This document shows, piece by piece, positions 12,501-26,500 of a stretch of DNA of 64,000 bases. The notes beneath the pieces are model-generated. The model was given only the letters and a program-made list of their open reading frames with translations, did not search any database and was not told where the DNA came from. Position numbers and translations under genes: made by a program. Position 1 is the first letter of the stretch, and every line of letters begins with the position of its first letter. Source of the DNA: Paragordius varius (Eukaryota > Animalia > Nematomorpha); contig OZ176050.1 of the NCBI GenBank assembly GCA_964247055.1, forward strand, positions 7,812,001-7,876,000, in the 5' to 3' direction.

Positions 12501-14160
12501 GAAGGAAAAAAAGTATAATTTAATAAAAACTTCACTTTGTATATAGATTTTTGGTAAAAAGTACATTTAGATAAAAAACGTTTTCCCTGTATAAAAAATT
12601 CTTTTGAAACTAACTGCAGTATATGCCAAATATCGCTTTAAACAGCTTTCTTTGATTTCTTGATAAAGTTATATAGAGAGTAGCTTGTTTGTTGTGAAAA
12701 AATATTCATATGCTAATAATTTTTTTTAAAATATTCATGGGGAAAATTAAATACTATTTTTTTTTAAAAAAATTATAAATTATGAGGTCCTTAAGGAAGC
12801 AATATATTTTCCCGAATCGGGAATATTTCAAAGGGAATCATTATTTTAGATAACCTTACTAATTTATAAAAAAATAAAAAAAATACGGAAAATGGGCTGT
12901 GAATGACGTCGATTGCTGGGAGATATAGCATAACTTTTATAAAAGCTGGAGTTGGCTAAATATTAAATAATTAATATATGGTTTAAAAATTAAAAAAATG
13001 CAAAATTGAATCAATACCATTAGGTTTCTTTAGGCTAATGACTGAGTTATCTGGATACATTGTTAAATGCGATGCTAAATTTTGCTAAATATAAAAAAAT
13101 ACATTTTTAATATATTTTCAAGATAGAGAGATAATAATAAATAGTATACATTTGATGTATTAAATATTTTCCTTGCTTCATCCAACACATTCCTGAGCTG
13201 TGCTTTGTTCTGCTTTAAAAGCTAAATAACACGAAAAGATATAATAAAAAATATGTATGTTAAAAAAAATTTACATTTGTTTGATATCAACTGAGTATAT
13301 ATAAATTGCCAACGGCCTTAGTAAGATACGGTTGGCAAATTTTGAAAGCTTAATTTTCAAAAATTATTACACTATAATGATAATGTCCGCAAAAATTAAA
13401 AGCACATATAAAATGTTTTAATTAAACCAAAGTAATTATTTGTTACTAATAGTATATATATCAAGAGGTAGAATTTAACACCAAGTCAAATGATGTTTTT
13501 TAATTTTCATTTAAATGATAATTATATTTTATAATTAATATTCCCTTAATGATCTATATTTGTTTACATTGATAAAGAAATGTATAATTTTAACCAAATT
13601 AAACAAGGAAATAAACATAGTATATTTCGCTATGCCTCATATTACACAATAAGTTAAGTTATGATTATCAGACACCTCTGCATTTTTTAAAAAAGTCATT
13701 TTTATCTAATTACTATGAAACAAAAAATGCCATTTTTATTTAATTACTATAAAACAGGCAAATAAATAATTTTAATAATATTTTTATACAAGTGTCAGGA
13801 TAATGAACCGGCACTATTTTTTTAAAAAAATCCAAATTATTTAATCAAATCCGCACCAAATTAATATATATATATGCATTAGAATGAATTGAATATAAAA
13901 TTTACCGCTATATTTTCTTGAGACTTCATGTAATCTTCTCTCTGGTGCTTAGGATATGATTTGTAGCAAGATTCAATTTTATCTTGATTGAAGAGATGAT
14001 GTGTGCTATTAACCCTGCTACCCATGGGATATAATTCTTGTTCGCTGTTTGTTACAATAAATGATTGAGACATTAAGTTTTTCTTAGTTTCCAAACTCGG
14101 GCTTGACAAATTGTTAATGTGTTGTGTAAGTGAATAAGGTGTATAATCCAAATGTTTAAC

Positions 14161-14197
<37 letters not shown>

Positions 14198-15604
14198 CAT
14201 TACATTTCAAATTCACCCTTGAACAATTCAAGTTCACCCTAAAATAAATTATGTGTTTTTTAAAAATTACCTATATTTTTTTATGTTTTAAAATAAAATT
14301 TCGTTTAAAATCAGCATAATACTGAAAAAATAATAATTTCTGCCATAAGGATATATTTCTTATTGATCATGACGAGTTATATTAGCTCAAAACATATAAT
14401 TTATCTTTAGGATAAATTTGAATTGTTTAAGGGTTGAATTTGAATTGTTCAAGAATATATTTGAATTGTAAATGGTATATATAATATAAAAATTAATATA
14501 TTACACATTTATACATTGAAAAAATTAAAACCCAAGCTTATTAGTACCAAACGTAGAACGAAAATCAAAGATAATATTTTGATGTTTAATTTTAAAAATA
14601 GAAAAAAAAGGCCAATTGAAATTTAAAAATCTAAATCTATTAAAAGGGTCAAACGATTTATACTAGTTTTTTTTATTATAAAAGTAACACAATCCTTTTT
14701 TATAAATGGTAAGTATCAATACTATCCTTTATGGAATAATAGTTAATATTAAAAGTAACATCCAACACATCATTTTTTATAAAAAGAGTATTATGGATGT
14801 AATTGTTTAATTCAAAATAAACTCTGACATACTAGTTAATAAACTTTTACTAGCACACAATTTTTTTCGTTAACACCAAAAAATTACTTGTTTGATCTGT
14901 TGATTTGCCAGTATCATTATATGTGGTTTCTTTGTTACCCAAATAATAAATTGATTTGGGTGAATTTTGAGTTAAATATTTGGCAGATAGACTCATACGG
15001 TTGGGTGTTGAAACAATATGTTTGGATGAATTATTTGTAATTTTTTGTGGAGATAATTTTGTTTGTAAAATATTTTGGTATAAATAAGGCGACGATTCTG
15101 AATGGTTAAAATTTAATTTATTTTCTGATGGTAATGATAAAGGATTATTTATGTTTGATAAGTATGATGGTCCATTTGTGTATGATAAAATAGCCGGTTG
15201 ATCATTTTGCTTATGTGTTGTTGCCTTATTGGCCAAATACGTATTAGCAATTTGAGTATTGTATGAAGTTATACTTTCTAATTCATCGGAACTTGAAATT
15301 AAATCTAGGTTTGTGGCTATAAAACATAGGCAGGCACACAAATAAAATAAAGGAAACTTCCATAAAAATATAAGATATATATGTTAAAATTACATTTAGA
15401 GTTATCAATATCCATGGAAACGTCTTCAATCTGTATAAAATTAATGTTATATCAAAAATTTAAACAAATGATAAATTAAAATTACTACCTTATTTTGTGC
15501 CCAAGATGGTAATTGATTTCTAAAATTTTCAACATTTTCAATGGGCTTAACTAAATTTCTAAATAATGTATAATATTAAAAAAGTTAAGAAAATTAGATA
15601 TTAA

Positions 15605-15641
<37 letters not shown>

Positions 15642-18600
15642 TACTCGTATTTTGTTTTGTGTAAATTGAGATGCTTATTATAATTGCTCCAAAGAGCGTT
15701 GGAAAATATTTTTTGTCCTGATATGGGCAAAACATTGCTTGGATGTATTGCAGACAATTTTTCAGATATTTTGACGGATACTTCATTCGGTATATCCCAC
15801 TCTTGTAAGCAACTATTTTTTTGTAAAACGGATTCATTATATCAAATACTATAAAATTAAAATTTTTTACAATATTTATATCTTTCATTCAAAAATTTTA
15901 GGATATAAACAAATATGATATATATTATCTAATGTTTTAAAAATAATGCTTGACAAATAAAAGTTATGTGTAAAATTTAGATTTACCCATCAAAGGTTGC
16001 TGTATACAAATATTTGGCATCCATAGAAAACTTTAAGCAAATCACAAGTTCTGAAAAAGAAGTTATATTGGCCATTATTTCGCCTGTGGCACAATCAAGA
16101 ATATAAACTGTTTTATCACTTGAACTTACAGCCACATATTGTGAGGATGGATCAAATGCTACCTAATTTTTTATATGATTAGTTAAAACTTATTTTAAAA
16201 TATTTTATGACAAAAATGAAAAGATTATGTATTGGTAGTATTGTTGTTTACCGAATAAAAATGCTTTTTGACTGTAAAGGATTAAGTATGTAGTATATAT
16301 ATATATATACAGTTTAGAGTCTCTTTTTTGTTTTTTATTTAAGGGTAATGACTTAAATTGTATCCTTATGAAGGCTTTAAAACTCGCCTGCCCAGTAACA
16401 GTGATGATGGAAAAATTGCGTAGTTTCTAGGTTCGAATGCAGTGTAATAGTCCGGCGCCCTACCTACTATACCATCACGCGCCTTATGTATGTGGTAACA
16501 TATTATAAAAAAATAATTGTAAAATCATTGATGTCAGTAATAAACCAAAAATGTTTGTGACACATTGTATTTTAGATAACTTTTAAACAATTATCATAAT
16601 ATATTATAACATAAATTATAATATTACAAAAATTTAACTTTTATCAAGATTCCTTCTTCTTGTGGTGATCCCTTCATAGCGTTAATAAGTTTACCATCAT
16701 ATACGTCATAAAAACTAAAAGAATATATACATGTATATATATTAATCGAAATTTGTGTATATTAAATGTCAAAATTTTATTAAAATAAATTAGATTCATG
16801 CTTTACCGTATAAAACGATCTTGACAAGCAGCAGCTAAAATTGTACCGCTTGGATTTATATCAATATCATAAAGATAGCAAAGATTAGTTATGGTGTGTA
16901 AAATGACAAAAGAAACAATGTGATTGCTATGTTCTGGTATATCAACAGAATTTTCACGGGTTACTAAATGTACTCCTGAATCCATATTTTCCTAATTTTT
17001 TTATAATAATAATATGTAATATCATTAAATATCAGTAAACGGTATGTATAGCAATATATAAGGGTTTAATGTGTTCAAAAAAACGTTTTTCAAATGTCTA
17101 TAAAAAAAATTATGAAGTAACAACACTAAAATCGGGTTTTAAGAATAATCCGCAAAAAAACAGAAAACTATCACATATGAGAATTAATAGTATCGGTCTC
17201 ATTTCCACATACTTTTTAAAAAAGCTGCTTCTTACAAAATAATTTTACATCCAAAAAAAGTGGCCAAATAATCTTGGTTCTGGTTTCCGTTTCGATTTTA
17301 TTTGAACAAACTATTATTTCGGTTTCATATTTTAATCTACTAGTCTAATTATTTGGATACAATGTAGAGAGTCACAAAAATATAGAGATATATAAACCAA
17401 AAAAATTATTGAATGCTACTTTTCGCTAAAAACGATCAAAGAGTGCTTTATTTGATACAAATAACATAGACACCAATATCAAAAAAATAATGGTTAAAAA
17501 ACAAATTATTTTGAAACGTTTAAAACCTTGATTCCGGTTTTTAAAACGATTTTAAAAAGAATCGGAAACCGTTTTAAATATTTATTTAAAAAATAATAAT
17601 TATATTAATCGGAAAAAGGGAAAAACAAATTTAAAAACCATTTAAAACCTTATTTTTAAAATTTATTTTTAGGTTTAAAACGGTTCCAAAATGCCGAAAA
17701 TGGACATAAAAACGTTTGCGGTCTTTATCCCTTGTACGCTAAAAATCACTTAAAACCAATAAATGCAAAGGCACATACATATATTGCTTCACGAATCAGG
17801 ATTGATTTATCAGCGGCACATGATATGAGCAATAATTTACATTCACAATGGGAAACACCATTCATATTTTCTTCAAAACTACTTGATTGTTCAATAATGA
17901 ACGTAGAATAATATGGGCAAATATTTGATCGATTATAGGGGTTAACATGGACAAATTTTACATTACATATTGGGGCTGAATGATCATTTAGCGTTTGAAA
18001 ATGTTGAATTGCAATGTTATCAGACACGTAAATACTGTTATTATCATTAATATTGGAGTCAAAATTTTCGTGAATGAAATTTTGTTGAAAAATGTGAATT
18101 AATCGATCCTTACTGCCAGATGCTAGAAAGTAAGAAGTTATACTTCCTCCGTTGGTCGTATCTTAATAAAAAAATATATTCAAAAATATTAAATGATGGC
18201 ATTCCACAAATTTGTAATAAAAAATAATAAAATTAAGGTTTATCATGAAGTCAGTCTTCCATTCATAATTACATAATGCTGAAGGAACAAATATATTACT
18301 TTGTACGGCAGAATAATCCAAAGACACTATTTCACCGTCATGTGCTTCCAAAATTTCTATCAAACTCATGTCACAACATCGAAAAATTCTATTAATAAAG
18401 AGTGTGTATAAATACATTTAAAAGCAGAACTAATAACTTGATACTAAGGATATATAATATTTTTAGTATACACAAATGTATAGATAATAAAAATGATAAA
18501 AATTGATATAAAGGTGTGCATTATATTATAAATCGGGTAAAGGGCTAATAATTATATTTAAGAGAAATAAATTAGGTATATATGTATAGATTTAAATATT

Positions 18601-19564
18601 AAAACCAATTAATAAATCAAATTAATCTCACTATTCTGTCAATAATATCTTTTTATGTATGTAAAAAAAGAGGATAGCATATTTTATGATAATTCACGGC
18701 AAGTAGTTATAGAAGTTTACCTAATATTTCCAATCTTATCTCCAACTGATATAATACTTCCATCATTACTAATCGCTAAAGATCTAATACCCATGGCATT
18801 GCCTTGTTTAACATTGTTTGGTGAATCTTCTATGGTAAAAAACGATATTTTTGTAACAAAAGCTCGAAATTAAAATGGTTAAAAAAATTTTAATTTAATA
18901 CCTCTCCCTTGAATGTTGCTTAAATTATTATTGTTTTCAGACGTGTCATATTCATTTAAATCGATGACATAGAGTAATTTGAGAGTGTCAGAAATTTTCA
19001 TATTTAACCCATTTTGATGATTTTCAATGTTTTTTTCGCATGTATTTTGAGGGACGATCCAACATCGTATACAACCGTCATAAGATACGGTCATTAAAAG
19101 AGGACACATAATATCATTTTCACCGGTATTATCATTTGGCATCAAGATACAATTCTAATAAATAATTAAACGATTCCAATTAATACACTAATATTTCAGC
19201 GTAAACAATATCCAATAATTTAAATAAATTTTCCTTACTGACACAATACATATTTTTTACACGCATTTTTAAATTAAATGTTGTCATATACATCTAAAAA
19301 AGAGAGGTAAAAATATAGAAAAAAAAGCATACTGTAACTTTAAAAAGCCCTAATAAATTGTGACATTTAAAAATATTAATATAATAATTAAGTATACAGC
19401 GATACTCCACACACATGCAGCATGAAACTTCTGATAATACGTTAGAGAGTAAGGTAAGCTTTGGTCTTTTGAAGGCTTAGCCAATTCCCACACATAAAAA
19501 CTGTGATCATTGTAAACTGCAGTAATCTACGATATGTAATAAGTTGAATTAATTGTTTTTTTCG

Positions 19565-19611
<47 letters not shown>

Positions 19612-22600
19612 TTTAATCGACAGGAAAAGGAAAATAAAAATATTCAATTCAAAATAAATTTTATAAAATATTCTTATTATATAACTTTAATAAAGTTAAA
19701 CCATTAATATATCAATATTTATTATAATTCTGTGGGCCAAAAAGTAATAATAAAAGAAAATGTAACATATCATCAATATATTAATAAATATAATATGATA
19801 ATTATATTAGACATATATTGTAAATATAACCATCCATGTAATATCATAGAAAATATATTTTTATTATAAGGAATATTAGGTATTTATCATAATGACAATT
19901 AAATGGCAGACGATGGTTAAAATTTAGCAAAAAATCTTGAATTTTAGATGAATATATATATGCTAAAAATCATAGAATGATCATAAAACATACATTATGA
20001 TTTTGATCAATTCCACAGGCTACACAATCGACATATCGCATCGAACCTATTATAAAAACTATCATTGACAAGGCCAAATAATCAAAGACTAGGTAACTGA
20101 ATTTGTAAAAATCAGCGTACAAAATTAAAAAAAATAAACAGAAAAATTTAAATTAAGACAAGAAAAAACTAAAAAATATTAAAACAACTGTTATCATTTC
20201 TTTTTATATAACTACTGTTTTGGGCCAAATAAGGAATTATATTTAGAACGATAATAATATTGGTTATATATAAAATATTATTTTTTGAATGGAAAAAGTC
20301 TTTTTTATGTTTTGACTATCTAAATAATTTTAATTTTTAACCTTTTAAAGGAGATGTTTGAAATGATTCAGGCATAGTTGGAAAAGCTAAACCGTAGGGT
20401 ATAGGCTGCAAAATATGACTTATAAAATCCAAATTATTGGCATCATAGAGTTGTATAATGCCCTGTGAACAAGCACATATTAGGACTCCTTCGTTGGCCG
20501 AAATAGCAAAGGTTGATTCACACTATATTACATCGAAACAAAATAGATAAATTTTAAATAATATATTGAAAAACCAGATAATTTATCACAAAAATCATTA
20601 TTTTTTTGAATCCATTTGTTAAAAGAATATTTTGTCAAACAAAAAAATTATTTAGATTATAATCATCCAGACTATTGATAAATAATATTAATTATATTTA
20701 TTAAAATTAACAAGAAAACATTATTTGCATATTAACAATGACCCTTTAACATCATCATAATATAATTGAATAAAACTAACTTTTGTTTCAATCATTTTAT
20801 CGAGCTGGCGATGGGGTGGTCCTAAAAATAGACAAAGAATCCCAGTTGTGGTAATAGCATAAATTTTATCGCTATTTTGATTACTGCCACATTTAACATC
20901 TTGAAAGGTTTCATTTCTCAACTCTCTAAGGATTGCAGCACGACCAATAAGGGGAATGGGTTCATTTGTTCGCTAAAAACCGCGGATTATATCAAAAATA
21001 TATGATAGACAAGTTGTAATTTAAAACTTTTCCTAAACATTATGTTAGCAATCTATTTTCGAATGTTATACTGGTTACAATTCATGCAGGTTAGCACTAA
21101 AGAGTAAGAAACAACTATTTGATTCAAATTCAGATATTATTAAAATTTAAAGTTATAAAGATAAAGTATACCGAAAAATTTATAGTATATTAAAGTTATA
21201 AAGATAATATTGAAATTCAGATTTTCGATTATTACAAGCCACCTTTGTCGAATGTAAACATAAAACAAAAATAAAAACTTTGAAAAAAATTATTAAATAT
21301 ATACCAATCCTGAGGGATAACCAGCATTATTGCAATAATTATTATTATTATTATTAGTCATTCCATCCAAAGATTGCATTGAGCCCCCAAAGGAATCTGC
21401 CGAATAATTGGATGAAGGGAAACTGATAGAAGAGCTCATCATTGAAGTCATATTAGGTCCAAAATTAAGAGACCAAAATTTGACATGTTTCACGCCGGCT
21501 GTTACAAAATACGTTGAATCTTGACTAATGGTCATGGCTTTAACCTATGTTTGTAACATAAATGAGTTAATACAAAAACCTGACAAAGTTAATAGAAAAT
21601 AGTTTTTAATACATATTTAACTAATGGTCATTTTGAAATAACTGAATTAATTAATTGCGACATATTGATGGGTATAAAAACAAGTGGTTTCCTCAAACTA
21701 ATGGTCATGGCTTAAACCTATGTTTGTAACATAAATGAGTTGGTTCAAAAACGTGAAAAAGTTCATAGAAAATGGTTTTTAATGCCTTTTTAACTAATGT
21801 CATTTTGAAATAACTAAATTAATTAATTGAGACATATTGATGCGTATAAAAACAAGTGGTTTCCTCAAACTAATGGTCATGGCTTAAACCTATGTTTGTA
21901 ACATAAATGAGTTGGTTCAAAAACGTGAAAAAGTTCATAGAAAATGGTTTTTAATGCCTTTTTAACTAATGGTCATTTTGAAATAACTAAATTAATTAAT
22001 TGCGACATATTGATGGATTAAAAACAAGTTGTTCCTTCAAACTAATGGTCTTGGCTTTAACTTATGTTAAAGATACAGTAAAACTCTAAATTATATTAAC
22101 AAAACGTAAATAATAAAAAAACAAATATTTTTCTATAAAAACAATCGTTTATGTAGATAGATTATTAAATCATAACCAATTATTTTGGATTGCAAAATAA
22201 AAACAAATAAAAATAAATTGGTAAGACAAAAATATATAAAATACAATTATAAAAGTATTTGGAAAACTCAAGGTTTGAAAATGTTTAATTTTTTAAATTA
22301 TTTTGGTTTTACATGTCTGTTTCCAATTTTACTCTAATTTGAACCAAATAGTTAATGAACCCTCTTCGCTCATAATGACGCTCATTGTGGGAAATAATTC
22401 ATTATTAGTAACATAACTCAATATTTACAAAATTATTTTTTTTCATTTAATTGAATTTTATTTGATAATATATAATAATTTATAATTAAACAAAAAAAAA
22501 TTAAATTTATTTTCGGCTCCTGATTTTAACATTATTTTTTATTACATTAGTTATGAAATTTTTTAATCGGTTGCATTCTTTCTATTAATTGCGCGTAACA

Positions 22601-23528
22601 AATAACACATAATAAATGACAATGATATAATAAAAAAATAAAAAAGAAATGATTAATATATTTTTTTGAGTTAAACAAAAAACTAAAGTAAAAATTTTAT
22701 TCATTTTATGAGCATAAAAATTATTTTAAATTTATTAATTGTATAATTTTAATTTAATTATCTATTAATATACGGCATCTAATGAACAAAAGATAGATAG
22801 ATAGAATAAATAAATACTTGTGTAGAAATTTTATTGCATGCAATTTTGGATTTTGTTGACCAATCCCATACATTAACAGACATATCATGAGGTGAACCGA
22901 TTGAAATCAAATATTTTCCGTTTGGGGTAATTCCCTTAAATTTTTAAAAAATATTGCGGGTGGTAAAATTATCATATTATTGAAAATTATAAAAATCTAA
23001 ACAAATAAAATAGTACCACAGATGCTATATCATATTTGTGGCTATAAAATTGAGCAATTTCCAATTTTTCTTTAATGTCCCATACGCGTAAGGCTGGTTG
23101 CTGTCCACACTATTAATTAATTAAAATATTATATAAATCAAAAAATAAATATTTATTTGAATTAGTTTACTTCGCCGACAAAAAGATACTTCCCATCAAC
23201 CGACAATGAACAAGATGATAACGCTTTTTTGCCATTTATGGTGAGATAATCGGTCGATTTGGTTCGGATATTAAATATAGCAATCGATGACCTATTTACT
23301 ATTATAAGATAAAGTACCCAGCGATATAAATGCAGCAATCATTGGAACTAATACAAAAATTGGCATTAGATTGAGTTGTTATACCCATAACTGAATGCAA
23401 TTTTAGCTAAAAATTATGTGCAAACAATAAACTTTTTTTCCAGTATAAACTAATTTTGTATTTTTACGCAAAATAAGTTTCATGGATGGAGATCGCGATA
23501 CATATGGCTTTGGTTTACGGCTATGCAT
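9515..23528 (-). CDS. WDR62: WDR62/MAPKBP1-family WD40 protein with long low-complexity C-terminal half
   Basis: Spliced N-terminus LHSVMGIT..YIAGSSIAIFN..GKKALSSCSLSVDGKYLLSAECGQQPALRVWD..FTPNGKYLISIGSPHDMSVNVWDW..VKAMTISQDSTYFVTAGVKHVKFW, then LEAHDGEIVSLDYS, LLISCAADKSI and LYDIDINPSGTILAAACQDRFIR. ATG 23528. The last exon is taken as ORF 9515-9889 (3' end less certain). WDR62 versus MAPKBP1 is not resolvable. Confidence 0.88.
14197..14475. mobile_element. Foldback MITE family B, ~279 bp, inserted in a (TA)n run
   Basis: TATA|CCATTAC..TTCAAATTCACCCTTGAACAATTC ... GAATTGTTCAAG..TGTAAATGG|TATA; same termini as 28387-28736. Confidence 0.8.
16343..16483 (-). mobile_element. Putative tRNA-derived SINE
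   Basis: Minus strand reads GGCGCGTGATGGTATAGTAGGTAGGGCGCCGGACT (A-box-like) then CATTCGAACC (B-box-like) and ends GGATACAATTTAAGTC. Homologous copy at 59708-59861. Confidence 0.6.
21524..22067. repeat. Tandem repeat, ~172-173 bp unit, three copies plus a partial fourth
   Basis: ACTAATGGTCATGGC recurs at 21524, 21697, 21869 and 22041. The unit spans a WDR62 intron/exon boundary. Confidence 0.92.
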
Positions 23529-23593
23529 TTTGATCCAGATTACTCCAATATCATGTAAAAATCAGGTAAGCACACTTTTTGGTGTTAGTAGGC
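23529..23593. promoter_or_regulatory. Inferred bidirectional promoter / overlapping 5' UTRs of WDR62 and GFM1
   Basis: Only 65 bp between divergent ATGs. Contains a candidate 23-nt plus-strand 5'-UTR intron (GTAAG..TTAG, 23566-23588). Confidence 0.5.
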
Positions 23594-26500
23594 ATGGTTT
23601 TTCATGTACGCTACTCACCGTTTTTATTACAGGGATTAAATAAATTTAAATACTCTACTAATGTTAAAAATGATATCAAGAAAATCAGAAATATTGGTAT
23701 ATCCGCTCACATCGATTCTGGAAAAACGACATTGTCAGAACGTATCTTATATTATACTGGTAAAATTGACCAAATGCACGAAGTTAATTTATTAAATTTA
23801 AATAATAGGTCAAAGGTAAAGATAATGTCGGGGCTAAAATGGATTCTATGGAGTTGGAAAGGCAAAGGGGAATCACTATCAAATCTGCTGCAACATACGT
23901 GAATTGGAATGATCATAAAATTAATATAATTGATACTCCTGGTATGATGTAAAATAATTTTATAATTATCAATAGAAAATTTTTCTATTTAAATTATTTT
24001 TCTATTTTTTTCTACTATGTTTCTGTATTTTCTTATACATATATTATGGAAGTTAAGCCATTTTTTGACTCAATTAAATATTGATTATATTTACTCAAAA
24101 TAATTAAGGTCATGTGGATTTCACGATTGAAGTCGAACGAGCACTCAGAGTGTTAGATTCTGCCGTTCTTGTTATTTGTTCTGTTGGTGGGGTTCAATGT
24201 CAAACTCATACAGTAGTCCGACAAATGAATCGATATTCTATCCCTTATCTCACATTCATTAACAAATTGGATCGAAATGGGGCTGATCCATATTCTGCTT
24301 ATGATCAAATTAGGTTTATATGTTAAACTTTGTAAAATTGCATCTTATAAGAGCTTTTGGGTTGAATTAATTTTATGGGCATTTACAAAATCTATATAAA
24401 AATATAAAAAACTTTATATTTACAATCTTTTTTTCCTTATTATTAAAGACGTTAAGTTAAATTGTATTAAAAGTGTTCAAGGACACTCTTGCAAATGGTA
24501 CACCTCAGTTGCCAAATAGTTGGCTTAATTGGTGTGTCTTGACATAAATTTAATTTTAAAACATTGCGTTTTTATTTTTAAATGTTTAAACAGATTGAAT
24601 CAAAGTTGTTAATTTAATTATTTCCAATATTAATTTATTCTATTCCGAATAAAATTATTGCATTTAACGATATTTATTAACTTTATTGTAAGGACAAAAA
24701 TTCATCAAAATTCAGCCCTTATGCAAATACCCATGGGTTTTGGGAATAACAATCGAGTCGAAGGATTAATTGATTTAATCACACGCGAATGTATATATTT
24801 CAAAGGCAATTTTGGAACCGAAATCGTAAGGAGTCCTGAAATCCCTGCTAATTATAAGGATCTCGTAGATAGGCATAGGTATATACGATAATTATGTATA
24901 TTTTAATATTACATTAAAAGTTTAATGCCACATAGCTTATTATTATTTATTAAGAATAGTCAGTAAATTTTGGATAATGGAGGGAAATAGTTAATTAACA
25001 TTAAGGTAATTTGTTTTAAGCGATACTATATGCAATATTATCTCTAAACCTTCAATTTATTAATAATTAGTTTCAACTAATCTATAATTAGAGTTTCTGA
25101 TATATGATAATATCTTTTTCAATGGTTAAAAATTAAAAATAATTGCTTATAATAATAATGTGTTATATATCGATTTGTGAGCCTATATACCTTTTCATGG
25201 TCTTGTGGAAATTTGAAATATGTGTGTCGGGTAATTACTGTTAATTAACATGTCGCATAATTTATGATCTTGTACTATAGATACAGGGTGTCTCAATTTA
25301 TTTGAACTATTGAAAAAGATATTGTGTAATATTCTAAATATAGTTTAGTTTTAAATGTATTGTATAATCAAATTATTATCACCTAAAATATTGGTTTTCT
25401 CTGACAATATTCAATTAATTTATTATAGTTAAGTAATTTTTATTATTGAAAGATATCATGACATATAACAAATTATAATAAATTACTATAGATCTCACCT
25501 TATTGAAGTACTCAGTGGAATTGATGAAGAAATTGGCTCATATTACATTCAAGAACAAGATCCTCCTCATAAATCTCTGCATGAGGCCATTAGACGGAAT
25601 GTCATAACGAGACAATTTTTCCCCATTCTACTTGGTAACATTACATTGTTACTTTCTATAGGGAACTATAAAAAATAAATTATAAAATAGTATATAATAA
25701 TTTACAAATTTTATTGAATTTCTAAAACTTAGTAGGATTAGATATAATTATTATATAAGTTAAATAGTGTTTATAGAACTATTTGTTTAAGTAATTATTC
25801 CATTTGATTAAAAACAAACCTTTTTTTATTTCATATAGAAATAAAATGTATCGGATGTTTGATATGTTAATGTTAAAATAATGGACAGTATACATTTAAT
25901 TTTTAATTCTAATTACTATTAAATATTAAAATACCTTTTGCCAAATTATTTTGCAATGATATTAATATTTATATTTTTACATATTGTTATTAGGTTCGGC
26001 ATTAAAAAATACCGGCGTTCAAACCCTTTTGGATGCCGTTGTGAATTATTTACCCAATCCAACCGAAGTCACAAATTACATTATGGATAATTCCAAGTAT
26101 AATACAACACATATCTTGCTTAAATTGATAGAATTAAAAATATAACCTTTTAATGCGTATAATTAAAGTATAGCTTAATATTATATTAAATAACCGTTAA
26201 ATGTGGAGTTAATTACTTTTAGAAATCCAATCGAAAAAGTAAAGTTACAACCTGATAAACCTTCAGATCCTATGGTGTGTTTAGCATTTAAATTGGAGGT
26301 ATTATTACAACATTTTAATGCACATCATCATATATATAGGGATATTTTAGACAATTAATTATCTTAATAATATCTACAACCGCAAATATACCCATAATTA
26401 TATTAAAGAAACATTTTTTGTTTAACATAAATTTTATAAATAATAAAGTAAGAATCATGTGAACAAATATACCCTTCCTTATGAATTTTGGAAAAACGCA

